DNA of 64,000 nt from Eledone cirrhosa (lineage: Eukaryota), in assembly GCA_964016885.1 (NCBI GenBank), contig OZ024741.1, positions 128,340,001 through 128,404,000 of the forward strand, in the 5' to 3' direction. The position numbers and the translations under genes were made by a program. Of this stretch, positions 1-13,900 are shown piece by piece (position 1 is the first letter of the stretch; the number at the start of each line of letters is the position of its first letter). The notes under the pieces are model-generated. The model saw nothing but the letters and a program-made list of their open reading frames with translations. It did no database searches and was not told where the DNA came from.

Positions 1-60
1 AGGCCGGTTGTGCTTTAATTTGGTGGCAGTTTTTATTTTCAGGTTCCACCAGTATTCCTT

Positions 61-670
61 GTATGTATGTATGTATGTATGTATGTATGTATGTATGTAT
101 GTATGTATGTATGTATGTATGTATGTATGTATGTATGTATGTGTGTGTGTATGTGTGTATGTATGGATCTATGTTTGTATGCATGTATGTTTGTATGTAT
201 GTATGTATGTATGTATGTGTGTTTGTATGTATGTTTGTATGTATGTATGTTTGTATGTATGTGTGTATGTATGTATGTGTGTTTGTATGTATGTGTGTAT
301 GTATGTATGTTTGTATGTATGTATGTGTGTATGTATGTATGTGTGTTTGTATGTATGTTTGTATGTAAGTATGTATGTATGTATGTTTTTATGTATGTAT
401 GTTTGTATGTATGTTTGTATGTAAGTATGTGTGTATGTATGTTTTTATGTATGTATGTTTGTATGTATGTTTTTATGTATGTGTGTATGTATGTGTGTAT
501 GTATGTATGTGTGTTTGTATGTATGTTTGTATGTATGTATGTATGTGTGTATTTATGTTTGTATGTATGTATATTTGTATGTATGTTTGTATGTATGTAT
601 GCATGTTTGTATGTATGTATGTGTGTTTGTATGTATGTGTGTTTGTATGTATGTTTGTATGTAAGTATGT
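61..670. repeat. (TATG)n/(TTTG)/(TGTG) compound tetranucleotide microsatellite
   Basis: Direct reading: continuous gtat/gttt/gtgt units; explains the MYVC/HTYI ORFs. Confidence 0.97.
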
Positions 671-898
671 TTTCTCTTTCTCTTAATTTCGAGTATATTT
701 TTTTGACCGGCCACCTTCCTGGTGGCAAGGTTGTAAAAGAAAAGAAATTGTCATCCCTTGAATCGCAAGAATGTTTTGCATATTTTGAAGGTGCCAGCTA
801 TCGCAGCCATTTGTAGACTATGAATTAGGGAGCTGCGCTTTTTGTCCGCAAATCCAAGTTCGGTCATACTTTGGTCCAAGCGGGTTGGTATATAACCC

Positions 899-1339
899 AT
901 GTTTGTATGTATGTATGTTTGTATGTATGTTTGTATATATGTGTGTATGTATGTATGTGTGTATATATGTGTGTTTGTATGTATGTTTGTATGTATGTTT
1001 GTATGTATGTATGTATGTTTGTATGTATGTATATATATCTGTATGTGTTTATGTAAGTATGTGTGTATGAGAAGAAAAATTGCTACTCAAATTTACCGGG
1101 CTATAAGCATTGTTGTCATTTTTGACGGGTACTATGCTAGTATATGTTTGTAGATATATAGATAGGTAAAGAGAGAGAGAGAGGAGGTAGAGAGATGGAG
1201 AGATAGAGAGAGAGTTAGAGTCAGTCAGTATGGGAATAGGTTTGAGGTTCCCGTGGGTATACGTGTGTATTTATACATGTTTTTGAGTATCTGTACACAC
1301 ACACACACACATAGATATCTATTTTATATATATTTATAG

Positions 1340-1394
<55 letters not shown>

Positions 1395-1855
1395 CTGTGT
1401 GAGTATATGCATGCATGTACACACACACACACACACATATACTCAAACACACATACATATATGTATGTATATAATATATGTGTGTATGGGTGTGTTTGTG
1501 CATGTGTGCAAATATATATGCCTGTGTGTATATTCATGTATATATATTTATATATATGAGTATATATACACACGCACACACACACACACACACGCACACA
1601 GACACGCACACGCACACACATATATATATATATATATTACATATATATACATACACACACATATATATATTACATATTTATGCGTGTGACTGTGCGTGAC
1701 TTTATGTTTTGTGTGTGAATGTGTGTATATGTCTTTGCGGGTGTGGCTTTAGTGTGCTTGTATGTGTGTGTATGTGCGTGTATGTGCGTGTATGTGCGTG
1801 TGTGTGTGTGTGTGTATGTGTGTGTATGTGTGTGTATGTCTGTGTATGTGTGTGT
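899..1855. repeat. Compound microsatellites (TATG)n, (GA)n, (TA)n, (CA)n, (TG)n
   Basis: Direct reading. Confidence 0.93.
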
Positions 1856-1878
1856 TTTAGGTCTGTCATCCTTATCTT

Positions 1879-3363
1879 CTAAAATGTCAAATGTAGGGTG
1901 ATACCAAATGATGTATTATTTCCATCCGTGTAGATACATAGAAAAAAAAATGTTATATGGTTATATGAAAAATGATATGAAGAGCAACGTATGTCAGAAG
2001 TATACTGGGTACATTCAACACCACCACCACTACCACAACAGCAACCTATACCATCACCACTACAGCCACCATCATCACCAATACCGCCACCATCATCACT
2101 ACCACCACCGCCACTACCACCATCACCACAACAACAAACAATACCACCACCACCACCACCACCACCACTACCACAACAACAAACAATACCATCACCACCA
2201 CCATAATCACCACCACCACCATCACCACCACCATAATCACTATCACCACCACCATCGCCACCACCATAATCACTACCACGACCACCACCGCCATCACCAC
2301 CACCATAATCAGCACCACCACCACCATCACCACCACCATAAACACTACGACCACCACCACCATCACCACCACCATCACCACCACCATAATCACCACCACC
2401 ATCATCACCATAAACACCACCACAACCACCATCACCACCACCATAAACACCACCACCACCACCACCATCACCACCCCCATAAACACCACCACGATCACCA
2501 CCACCACCACCACCATCACCACCACCATAATCACCACCACCTCCATCACCACCACCATAAACACCACCACCACCATCATCACCACCCCCATAAACACCAC
2601 CACCACCATCACCACCACCATAAACACCACCACCACCATCATCACCACCCCCATAAACACCACCACCACCATCACCACCACCATAAACACTACCACCACC
2701 ACCATCACCACCACCATAATCATTACCACCATCACCACCACCATCACCACCACCACCATCATCACCACCACCATAAACACCACCACCACCACCATCATCA
2801 CCACCCCCATAAACACCACCACCACCATCATCACCACCATAAACACCACCACCACCATCATCACCACCACCATAAACACCACCACCATCATCACCACCAC
2901 CATAAACACCACCACCAGCACCATCATCACCACGACCATAAACACCACCACCAACATCATCACTACCACCATAAACACCACCACCACCATCACCACCACC
3001 ATAAACACTACCACCACCACCATCACCACCACCATAAACACCACCATCACCACCACCATAAACACCACCACCACCATCATCACCACCACCATAAACACCA
3101 CCACCACCATCACCACCACCATAAACACCACCACCACCACCATCATCACCACCACCATAAACACCACCACCACCACCATCATCACCACCACCATAAACAC
3201 CACCACCACCACCACCATAAACACCACCACCACCACCATCATCACCACCACCATAAACACCACCACCACCATCACCACCACCACCACCACCACCACCACC
3301 ACCACCATCACCACCATCACCAGCAATAGAAAATAACAATAGCAAAAAGGCCAATACAATCAT
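1879..3363 (-). CDS. Possible secreted Gly/Asp/Tyr-rich repetitive protein (doubtful; may be a chance ORF in the minisatellite)
   Basis: In-frame ATG at 3363 gives MIVLAFLLLLFSIAG, then GGGVYGGGDD repeats and three CCC motifs; no independent support. Confidence 0.2.
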   Translation of the reverse strand: MIVLAFLLLLFSIAGDGGDGGGGGGGGGGGDGGGGVYGGGDDGGGGGVYGGGGGGVYGGGDDGGGGGVYGGGDDGGGGGVYGGGDGGGGVYGGGDDGGGGVYGGGDGGVYGGGDGGGGSVYGGGDGGGGVYGGSDDVGGGVYGRGDDGAGGGVYGGGDDGGGVYGGGDDGGGGVYGGDDGGGGVYGGGDDGGGGGVYGGGDDGGGGDGGGDGGNDYGGGDGGGGSVYGGGDGGGGVYGGGDDGGGGVYGGGDGGGGVYGGGDDGGGGVYGGGDGGGGDYGGGDGGGGGGDRGGVYGGGDGGGGGGVYGGGDGGCGGVYGDDGGGDYGGGDGGGDGGGGRSVYGGGDGGGGADYGGGDGGGGRGSDYGGGDGGGDSDYGGGDGGGGDYGGGDGIVCCCGSGGGGGGGGIVCCCGDGGSGGGGSDDGGGIGDDGGCSGDGIGCCCGSGGGVECTQYTSDIRCSSYHFSYNHITFFFLCIYTDGNNTSFGITLHLTF

Positions 3364-3457
3364 TAGCGCCAACCACACAATCTGTGTATCTATTACCATC
3401 ACAACAACCACGATCACCATTGAAACTCCCACAACCATCCACAACATCACCACCACC
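2017..3457. repeat. CAC/CAT-derived minisatellite, ~27-36 bp units (caccaccataaacaccaccaccaccatcatc)
   Basis: Recurrent cataaacac / cataatcac markers in a (CAC)n background. Confidence 0.92.
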
Positions 3458-3495
3458 GCGTGTGTGTGTGTGTGTGTGTCTGTGTGTGTGTGTGT

Positions 3496-3674
3496 ATCCC
3501 GGATTCAATCGGGGGTAACCACAGCAGGGGAGGTACTCAATACATAATAGAGTATATACAATATTTAATATAAAAATGGCTTCTCAGAACTAGAACTGTT
3601 TTATTCAAAGAAAACCATCAGGATTTTCCTAATGATTTCCTTCGAGTGAAACAGTTCTAGTCCTGTAGAAGCCA
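3496..3674. mobile_element. PLE-type terminal-repeat fragment with short fold-back and degenerate hammerhead cores (family A)
   Basis: Reverse-complement similarity to 36431-36614; inverted arms ~3578-3602 / 3648-3674; ttc-ctaatga...gaaacag...ctg-ta-gaa motif. Confidence 0.65.
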
Positions 3675-3957
3675 CACACACACACAGAGAGTTTTATGAT
3701 TTCCAAAAGTTAGGTGAGATGGAGATATGTGTGGCTATGCCTTGATGTGCCTTGATCTTCTTAAAGACTTCAATTGCATTTTCAACTTCTTTTTCCTATG
3801 AATAAATAACAATATATATAACAATACTGAAGGTTATTCATAATGATCGAGTATTATTATAGTCATTTACATAGAAACGACTAAATTTCAAATTAAATAT
3901 TTTCCTAACAGGATGTTCACCCTCACACATATATATATCTATATATAAACGGCTGTT

Positions 3958-4003
3958 GTTACTACTACTACTACTACTACTACTACCACTACCACTACTA
4001 CCA

Positions 4004-4064
<61 letters not shown>

Positions 4065-4096
4065 CACTACCACTACTACTACTACTACCACTACTG

Positions 4097-4175
<79 letters not shown>

Positions 4176-4221
4176 CACCACCACCACCACCACCACCACC
4201 ACTACTACTACTACTACTACT
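3958..4221. repeat. (CTA)n/(CCA)n trinucleotide microsatellite
   Basis: Direct reading. Confidence 0.97.
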
Positions 4222-4646
4222 CACTTATTTCATCGATTCCAGAAGAAGGAAAAACAACGTTAAATTTGGCGGCATTTTAACTTAGAAAAATATGAAGTTA
4301 GAACAAAACATTGCAAAATATTGCCAAAACATATTTGAGCCAATAACAATAATTCACTGGTCCTGGGTTTCCAGAAAAAAAATAACTATAAAATAATATT
4401 CAATAACATATATACATAAGGTAAATATTTTCCAATGAAATTTATATGATGCAATAGTAACGTTTTATCTATTCAAGAATTATTGTGCGTTACGTTATAT
4501 CAAATATTGTGTCTTTGTTACATATTTCTAAACCTTTCTATTCAACGTTCGTTTCAACAAATAATAGCGATATATTTTATGAATAACCTTCTTTGGTGTA
4601 TGTGTATATGTGTGAGGGTGGGGAAGGGGGGATCTACGTGTGTATC

Positions 4647-4679
<33 letters not shown>

Positions 4680-4803
4680 GTATACTGATATATATATAAT
4701 ACACACTCGTATACTGATATATGTAATACACACTCGCGCACACATACATACATACATTTATATATATATATAATATAATATATATATATATGTGTACATA
4801 CTG

Positions 4804-4871
<68 letters not shown>

Positions 4872-5094
4872 ACATAAATATATATATTTATTACCACTTA
4901 TTGTAATACATAATATATATATAATTATATATATTATCTGTATGTGTGTGTGTGTTATTATGTGTGTATCTATAACCATACTGCCTATCCGTAATTTACG
5001 TTATGTTTATTAGATGTTTAATAAACTAGAGATGCATATTTTAGAAAAAGCCTGGTTGTGAGGCAAAGTGATAAACATATTGGCTGGAATCGAT

Positions 5095-5204
5095 AATAAT
5101 TGCTTCTATTTTTGGCACAAGGCCTGCAATTATTCCAGTACATTACTGGTACTTTATTTTATCGACCCCGTAAGGTTGAAAGGCAAAGTTAACCTCGGCG
5201 GGAT
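5095..5204 (-). mobile_element. tRNA-derived SINE (family S1), 5'-truncated
   Basis: Reverse complement of the 3' half of the copies at 37425, 39015 and 60358 (gtactttattttatcgaccccgtaagg...aaaggcaaagttaacctcggcggg). Confidence 0.88.
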
Positions 5205-5287
5205 ATATAATATTTTTAAATGATGCAATGAATTTTTAAATATTTGAATAAACTATAAAAAAAACCAGAAAAAAACGATCATATGAT

Positions 5288-5338
5288 CGTTGTTGTTGTT
5301 GTTGTTGTTATTGTTGTTGTTGTTGTTGTTGTTGTTGT

Positions 5339-5385
<47 letters not shown>

Positions 5386-5585
5386 TTCTTCTTCTTCTTC
5401 TTCTTCTTCCTGAGAAGGTCGAGGGGTAGAGCCCTCAAACACTCCTCCCAGCGGGTCCTGTCAGAAGAAACCGTCTCCAGCTGATCCGGCTGGATCCCCA
5501 CGCGAGACCAGCCAAGAAAATGGATGTTATGAAAGCATCTTGCTCGGGGTCTACCCCTGGGTCACTTGCAGGCTGGTTAAGCCCG
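5288..5585 (-). mobile_element. RTE-clade-like LINE 3' end remnant with (GAA)n(CAA)n tail
   Basis: Minus frame reads K*PRGRPRARCFHNIHFLGWSRVGIQPDQLETVSSDRTRWEECLRALP, matching the RxRGRPxxRW...DRxxW C-terminus typical of RTE ORFs, directly followed by a trinucleotide tail. Confidence 0.75.
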
Positions 5586-6419
5586 TAAAATCGAGGTCGA
5601 TAAATAAATTAACAGTCCAGTGTCTGGGTTGATTCTTTCTCCTGAGGAAATCGGTTGTGTTCCGACGCGGAGAGGGATGCGCTCCAACAGGATTATAATG
5701 CCCAAGACACACCGTGTATCAGGATAGTGTCCCTACGACTCCATTAACAATTAAGGGCCGTTTACCTTACCAACTTTAGCTGTCATCCTTTATAGATCTC
5801 TGAAATAAATATCAATTAAATTATTGGGTAGATCTAAATGATAATACTACCCTCACGAACTTGTGGTTAAGTACCAGTATCAGAAACCATAGTAATTGCT
5901 ATTACCAAATAAAGAACCGATAATATTCAAATGTTTATTCTCTGCTGAAAGATCTACATCAGTGGTACCCAACCGGAGACCATAGTACCTCTAGAGGACC
6001 ATACAAGAATTTTGGAGGTCCACTCACAAAATTATAGTAAATTGTTGGTTCACGGTAGTATTTTAGTTGTCCATGAAAAAAATGCTACTGTCAAAGAAGT
6101 TATCTTAATCCATAGAAAAAGGAAACAAATTAAAAAAAAAACCCACAAAAACAGTTAACCGAAGCAATTGGTCAAACAACACCCTAGGAAATTAATAGAA
6201 ATCAAAAGAATAACAATATTATCCAGAATCATTGGTGATGGCGTGTAAATAAATTTATATATATACACACGCGCGCGCGCGCGCGCGCAAACATGTGCGC
6301 ACACATACACGTGAAATACCAAAAGTAGAATACCACAACGGCAGCCTGACCCACATTAGTATTGAGTGCTCAAACTGGTGAACTAATAGTAACTTAACGT
6401 TTGACAGACATACACACAC

Positions 6420-6468
<49 letters not shown>

Positions 6469-6920
6469 ATCAAAAGATGGTTAAAAGAGTTCCAAGTATT
6501 TTATTATGCGCATTTCAAAAACAAATATCATCATGAGATGATATCTGCGTTTTCGTCAGATAAAATAGGGATACATGATATGAAGGTTAAAAAACACTTG
6601 TGAATAGTGAAGTTTTAAATCAACATATGAAAAATAATTTAAGATTGATGTGTGATATTGGGAAAAAGTGAGAGGGGGTGGGGAGGGTGAGAAAGAGGAG
6701 GAGATGAGAGTAGAGAATGGTGGGGGAGGAATATAAGAAGGAAGGATGAGAGAGGAGGAGAGATGGGTGATAGAGAGAGAGAGAGAGAGAGATAGCCTTT
6801 ACAACTGAGAAAAATATATATTGTCTCACAGAGAGAAGTTAAAAAGCCGTTGGAAGATAATAGATAATTTAAAATAATTTGAAATTAAAAGTTGATGAAG
6901 AGAAAAAGAGAAAAAGGGGG

Positions 6921-6982
6921 GTGACGCAGAAACTTTGTAAAAGCACATGTGTAAATCACAAGGGGAAAATTCGTATATATAT

Positions 6983-7038
<56 letters not shown>

Positions 7039-7470
7039 GAATTTCCCCTTGTGACTTACACATGTGCTTTTACAAAGTTTCTGCGTCACTCACAAAGTTG
7101 GTTACAGAGCAAAATACCTGTTGATAACGTGATATTCCTTGTTCGATCTTTATGCTGAAAATTTATAGGTTTAAGCAGACAGTATTATTGATTTAGGTGT
7201 CATAGAAACCCTGCATTTGGATTTTACCATCAATTCCACTTGGGTCCAGGTCCGTTTTTATTATTTATTTTGTTTGACCTGTTTAGCTTGACTTGTTTTT
7301 TGGCTTAGGTGGTTAATGCCTTCTTAACCACTTTTTCAGTTTGTATGGCGTTTTAACATATTGTTTAGCTCTGGTTTTCTTAACTATTGGAGCGCTTGCC
7401 AGCATTTCTACGATTTTGCGTTTCGTTTCGCTTTTTCTACCAGCCGAAATACGATTCTCGCTGAATTTAT
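6921..7470. mobile_element. Dispersed repeat (family B) with a terminal inverted duplication around a (TA)n tract
   Basis: 7037-7470 closely matches 41495-41925; 6921-6975 is the reverse complement of 7035-7089. Confidence 0.8.
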
Positions 7471-7964
7471 ATTTATATATATATTTATATATATGATTGA
7501 CTACAAAGATTGTAAATCTGAGGTTTTCGAATATTAATAATAATATTGCAATTATGCAAACAGCCTCTTAAACCATGTCATCAGAATAAACTCACAATTC
7601 TTGCTCTTGTGTTGTGCTAAGAGTAAGTAAAAAAAAGGTAAGGACCACTACTCTACATGTTGACCAAGTAGTGGTGCTAAACCTTGCAACGGATGAGGTA
7701 AATCACCGAAGAACATAGACGGCAGTTCTTTTGTCGGGCTTCCGCAATGTTTCAGACTGCAAATTCCCACTCAGTTGGAAACTACAGAAGAAAACACCTC
7801 CCCAAGTTTCCGCAGAATGGAAGTGAACCATAAACGATGTAGTTTCGTAGACAACCTTTAAACTCACAGCCATGTTGTCCACCTATCTCATACATATACA
7901 TATCTACATGTACAGCTTACATAATGACATACGGCCACACTTCTTACCCGACTTCAATTTAAAC

Positions 7965-10900
7965 TACCATCACCACTGACACCGTCAATCCCCCACCACC
8001 ACCACCACCACCTCCACTACCACTGACATGATCACCATCATGACACCACCATCCCCACCACCACCTCCACTACCACTGACATGATCACCATCATGACACC
8101 ACCACCACCACCATCCGCACCACCAGCTCCACTACCACTGACATTATCACCATCATGACATCACCAGCCACTGACGTCATTACAACCACCATCATCACCA
8201 TCACCGGCCACTGACATTACTATCACCACCGCCGCTACCACCATCATCACCACCTCGACCACCATCATCACTATGACTACTATCACCACCAACAACCACG
8301 CCACTACCACCACTGATACCACCACCAACGCCACCACTAGCCACTGACATCGCCAACACCACCACCAACGCCACCACCACCACTAGCACTGACATCACCA
8401 ACACCACCACCAACGCCACCACCACCACTAGCACCTACACCACCAACACCACCACCAACGCCACCACCACCACTAGCCACTGACATCACCAACACCACCA
8501 CCAACGCCATCACCACCACTAGCACCTACATCGCCAACACCACCACCAACGCCACCACCACCACTAGCACTGACATCGCCAACACCACCACCAACACCAC
8601 CACCACCACTAGCACCTACATCGCCAACACCACCACCAACACCACCACCAACGCCACCACCACCACTAGCACTGACATCACCAACACCACCACCAACGCC
8701 ACAACCACCACTAGCACCTACATCGCCAACACCACCACCAACACCACCACCACCACTAGCCACTGACATCGCCAACACCACCACCAACACCACCACCACC
8801 ACTAGCACTGACATCGCCAACACCACCACCAACGCCACCACCACCACTAGCCACTGACATCGCCAACACCACCACCAACGCCACAACCACCACTAGCCAC
8901 TGACATCGCCAACACCACCACCAACGCCACCACCACCACTAGCACCTACATCGCCAACACCACCACCAACACCACCACCACCACTAGCACTGACATCGCC
9001 AACACCACCACCAACACCACCACCACCACTAGCACTGACATCGCCAACACCACCACCAACGCCACCACCACCACTAGCCACTGACATCGCCAACACCACC
9101 ACCAACGCTACCACCACCACTAGCACTGACATCGCCAACACCACCACCAACGCCACCACCACCACTAGCCACTGACATCGCCAACACCACCACCAACGCC
9201 ACCACCACCACTAGCCACTGACATCGCCAACACCACCACCAACGCCACCACCACCACTAGCCACTGACATCGCCAACACCACCACCAACGCTACCACCAC
9301 CACTAGCACTGACATCGCCAACACCACCACCAACGCCACCACCACCACTAGCCACTGACATCGCCAACACCACCACCAACGCCACCACCACCGCTAGCAC
9401 CTACATCGCCAACACCACCACCAACGCCACCACCACCACTAGCACTGACATCGCCAACACCACCACCAACGCCACCACCACCACTAGCACCTACATCGCC
9501 AACACCACCACCAACGTCACCACCACCACTAGCACCTACATCGCCAACACCACCACCAACGCCACCACCACCACTAGCACTGACATCGCCAACACCACCA
9601 CCAACGCCACCACCACCACTAGCACCTACATCGCCAACACCACCACCAACGCCACCACCATCACTAGCACCTACATCGCCAACACCACCACCAACGCCAC
9701 CACCACCACTAGCACCTACATCGCCAACACCACCACCAACGCCACCACCACCACTAGCACCTACATCGCCAACACCACCACCAACGCCACCACCACCAAT
9801 AGCACTGACATCGCCAACACCACCACCAACGCCACCACCACCACTAGCACCTACATCGCCAACACCACCACCAACGCCACCACCATCACTAGCACCTACA
9901 TCGCCAACACCACCACCAACGCCACCACCACCACTAGCACCTACATCGCCAACACCACCACCAACGCCACCACCATCACTGGCACCTACATCGCCAACAC
10001 CACCACCAACGCCACCACCACCACTAGCACTGACATCGCCAACACCACCACCAACGCCACCACCACCATCAGCACTGACATCGCCAACACCACCACCAAC
10101 GCCACCACCACCACTAGCACCTACATCGCCAACACCACCACCAACGCCACCACCACCACTAGCACTGACATCGCCAACACCACCACCAACGCCACCACCA
10201 CCACTAGCACCTACATCGCCAACACCACCACCAACACCACCACCAACGCCACCACCACCACTAGCACCTACATCGCCAACACCACCACCAACGCCACCAC
10301 CATCACTAGCACCTACATCGCCAACACCACCACCAACGCCACCACCACCACTAGCACTGACATCGCCAACACCACCACCAACGCCACCACCACCATCAGC
10401 ACTGACATCGCCAACACCACCACCAACGCCACCACCACCACTAGCACTGACATCGCCAACACCACCACCAACACCACCACCACCACTAGCACCTAGATCG
10501 CCAACACCACCACCAACACCACCACCACCACTAGCACCTACATCGCCAACACCACCACCAACACCACCACCAACGCCACCACCACCACTAGCACCTACAT
10601 CGCCAACACCACCACCAACGCCACCACCACCACTAGCACTGACATCGCCAACACCACCACCAACACCACCACCACCACTAGCACTGACATCGCCAACACC
10701 ACCACCAACGCCACCACCACCACTAGCCACTGACATCGCCAACACCACCACCAACGCCACCACCACCACTAGCACTGACATCGCCAACACCCACACCAAC
10801 GCCACCACCACCACTAGCACCTACATCGCCAACACCACCACCAACGCCACCACCACCACTAGCACTGACATCGCCAACACCACCACCAACGCCACCACCA

Positions 10901-13900
10901 CCTCTAGCCACTGACATCGCCAACACCACCACCAACGCCACCACCACCACTAGCACTGACATCGCCAACACCACCACCAACGCCACCACCACCACAAGCA
11001 CCTACATCGCCAACACCACCACCAACGCCACCACCACCACTAGCACTGACATCGCCAACACCACCACCAACGCCACCACCACCACTAGCACCTACATCGC
11101 CAACACCACCACCAACGCCACCACCACCACTAGCACCTACATCGCCAACACCACCACCAACGCCACCACCACCACTAGCACTGACATCGCCAACACCACC
11201 ACCAACGCCACCACCACCACTAGCACATACATCGCCAACACCACCACCAACGCCACCACCACCACTAGCACTGACATCGCCAACACCACCACCAACGCCA
11301 CCACCACCACTAGCACCTACATCGCCAACACCACCACCAACACCACCACCAACACCACCACCAACGCCACCACCACCACTAGCACCTACATCGCCAACAC
11401 CACCACCAACGCCACCAGCACCACTAGCCACTGACATCGCCAACACCACCACCAACGCCACCACCACCACTAGCACCTACATCGCCAACACCACCACCAA
11501 CGCCACCACCACCACTAGCACTGACATCGCCAACACCACCACCAACGCCACCACCACCACTAGCACCTACATCGCCAACACCACCACCAACGCCACCACC
11601 ACCACTAGCACTGACATCGCCAACACCACCACCAACGCCACCACCACCACTAGCACCTACATCGCCAACACCACCACCAACGCCACCACCACCACTAGCA
11701 CTGACATCGCCAACACCACCACCAACACCACCACCACCACCAGCACTGACATCGCCAACACCACCACCAACACCACCACCAACGCCACCACCACCACTAG
11801 CACCTACATCGCCAACACCACCACCAACGCCACCACCACCACTAGCACTGACATCGCCAACACCACCACCAACGCCACCACCACCACTAGCACCTACATC
11901 GCCAACACCACCACCAACACCACCACCACCACTAGCACCTACATCGCCAACACCACCACCAACGCCACCACCACCACTAGCACCTACATCGCCAACACCA
12001 CCACCAACACCACCACCACCACTAGCACTGACATCGCCAACACCACCACCAACGCCACCACCACCACTAGCACCTACATCACCAACACCACCACCAACGC
12101 TACCACCACCACTAGCACTGACATCGCCAACACCACCACCAACGCCACCACCACCACTAGCACTGACATCGCCAACACCACCACCAACACCACCACCACC
12201 ACCAGCACTGACATCGCCAACACCACCACCAACACCACCACCAACGCCACCACCACCACTAGCACCTACATCGCCAACACCACCACCAACGCCACCACCA
12301 CCACTAGCACTGACATCGCCAACACCACCACCAACGCCACCACCACCACTAGCACCTACATCGCCAACACCACCACCAACACCACCACCACCACTAGCAC
12401 CTACATCGCCAACACCACCACCAACGCCACCACCACCACTAGCACCTACATCGCCAACACCACCACCAACACCACCACCACCACTAGCACTGACATCGCC
12501 AACACCACCACCAACGCCACCACCACCACTAGCACCTACATCGCCAACACCACCACCAACGCCACCACCACCACTAGCACTGACATCGCCAACACCACCA
12601 CCAACGCCACCACCACCTCTAGCCACTGACATCGCCAACACCACCACCAACGCCACCACCACCACTAGCACTGACATCGCCAACACCACCACCAACGCCA
12701 CCACCACCACAAGCACCTACATCGCCAACACCACCACCAACGCCACCACCACCACTAGCACTGACATCGCCAACACCACCACCAACGCCACCACCACCAC
12801 TAGCACTGACATCGCCAACACCACCACCAACGCCACCACCACCACTAGCACATACATCGCCAACACCACCACCAACGCCACCACCACCACTAGCACTGAC
12901 ATCGCCAACACCACCACCAACGCCACCACCACCACTAGCACCTACATCGCCAACACCACCACCAACACCACCACCAACACCACCACCAACGCCACCACCA
13001 CCACTAGCACCTACATCGCCAACACCACCACCAACGCCACCAGCACCACTAGCCACTGACATCGCCAACACCACCACCAACGCCACCACCACCACTAGCA
13101 CCTACATCGCCAACACCACCACCAACGCCACCACCACCACTAGCACTGACATCGCCAACACCACCACCAACGCCACCACCACCACTAGCACCTACATCGC
13201 CAACACCACCACCAACGCCACCACCACCACTAGCACTGACATCGCCAACACCACCACCAACGCCACCACCACCACTAGCACCTACATCGCCAACACCACC
13301 ACCAACGCCACCACCACCACTAGCACTGACATCGCCAACACCACCACCAACACCACCACCACCACCAGCACTGACATCGCCAACACCACCACCAACACCA
13401 CCACCAACGCCACCACCACCACTAGCACCTACATCGCCAACACCACCACCAACGCCACCACCACCACTAGCACTGACATCGCCAACACCACCACCAACGC
13501 CACCACCACCACTAGCACCTACATCGCCAACACCACCACCAACACCACCACCACCACTAGCACCTACATCGCCAACACCACCACCAACGCCACCACCACC
13601 ACTAGCACCTACATCGCCAACACCACCACCAACACCACCACCACCACTAGCACTGACATCGCCAACACCACCACCAACGCCACCACCACCACTAGCACCT
13701 ACATCACCAACACCACCACCAACGCTACCACCACCACTAGCACTGACATCGCCAACACCACCACCAACACCACCACCACCACTAGCACCTACATCGCCAA
13801 CACCACCACCAACACCACCACCAACACCACCACCAACGCCACCACCACCACTAGCACCTACATCACCAACACCACCACCAACGCCACCACCACCACTAGC

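Noticed and set aside
8-1901. [12 protein letters not shown] ORFs here and throughout the window
   Set aside because: Translations of di- and tetranucleotide microsatellites
1908-3329. 473-aa poly-His ORF
   Set aside because: Direct reading of (CAC/CAT)n; no signal peptide or other support
3700-3800. Possible exon or LINE remnant on the minus strand (EKEVENAIEVFKKIKAHQG)
   Set aside because: Too short, no clear splice donor or partner exons; cannot be assigned
5960-6075. Possible hAT-type MITE end (cagtggtacccaacc...)
   Set aside because: No matching second terminus or target-site duplication found
7720-7874. Possible old SINE remnant on the minus strand
   Set aside because: Too degenerate to support from this window alone
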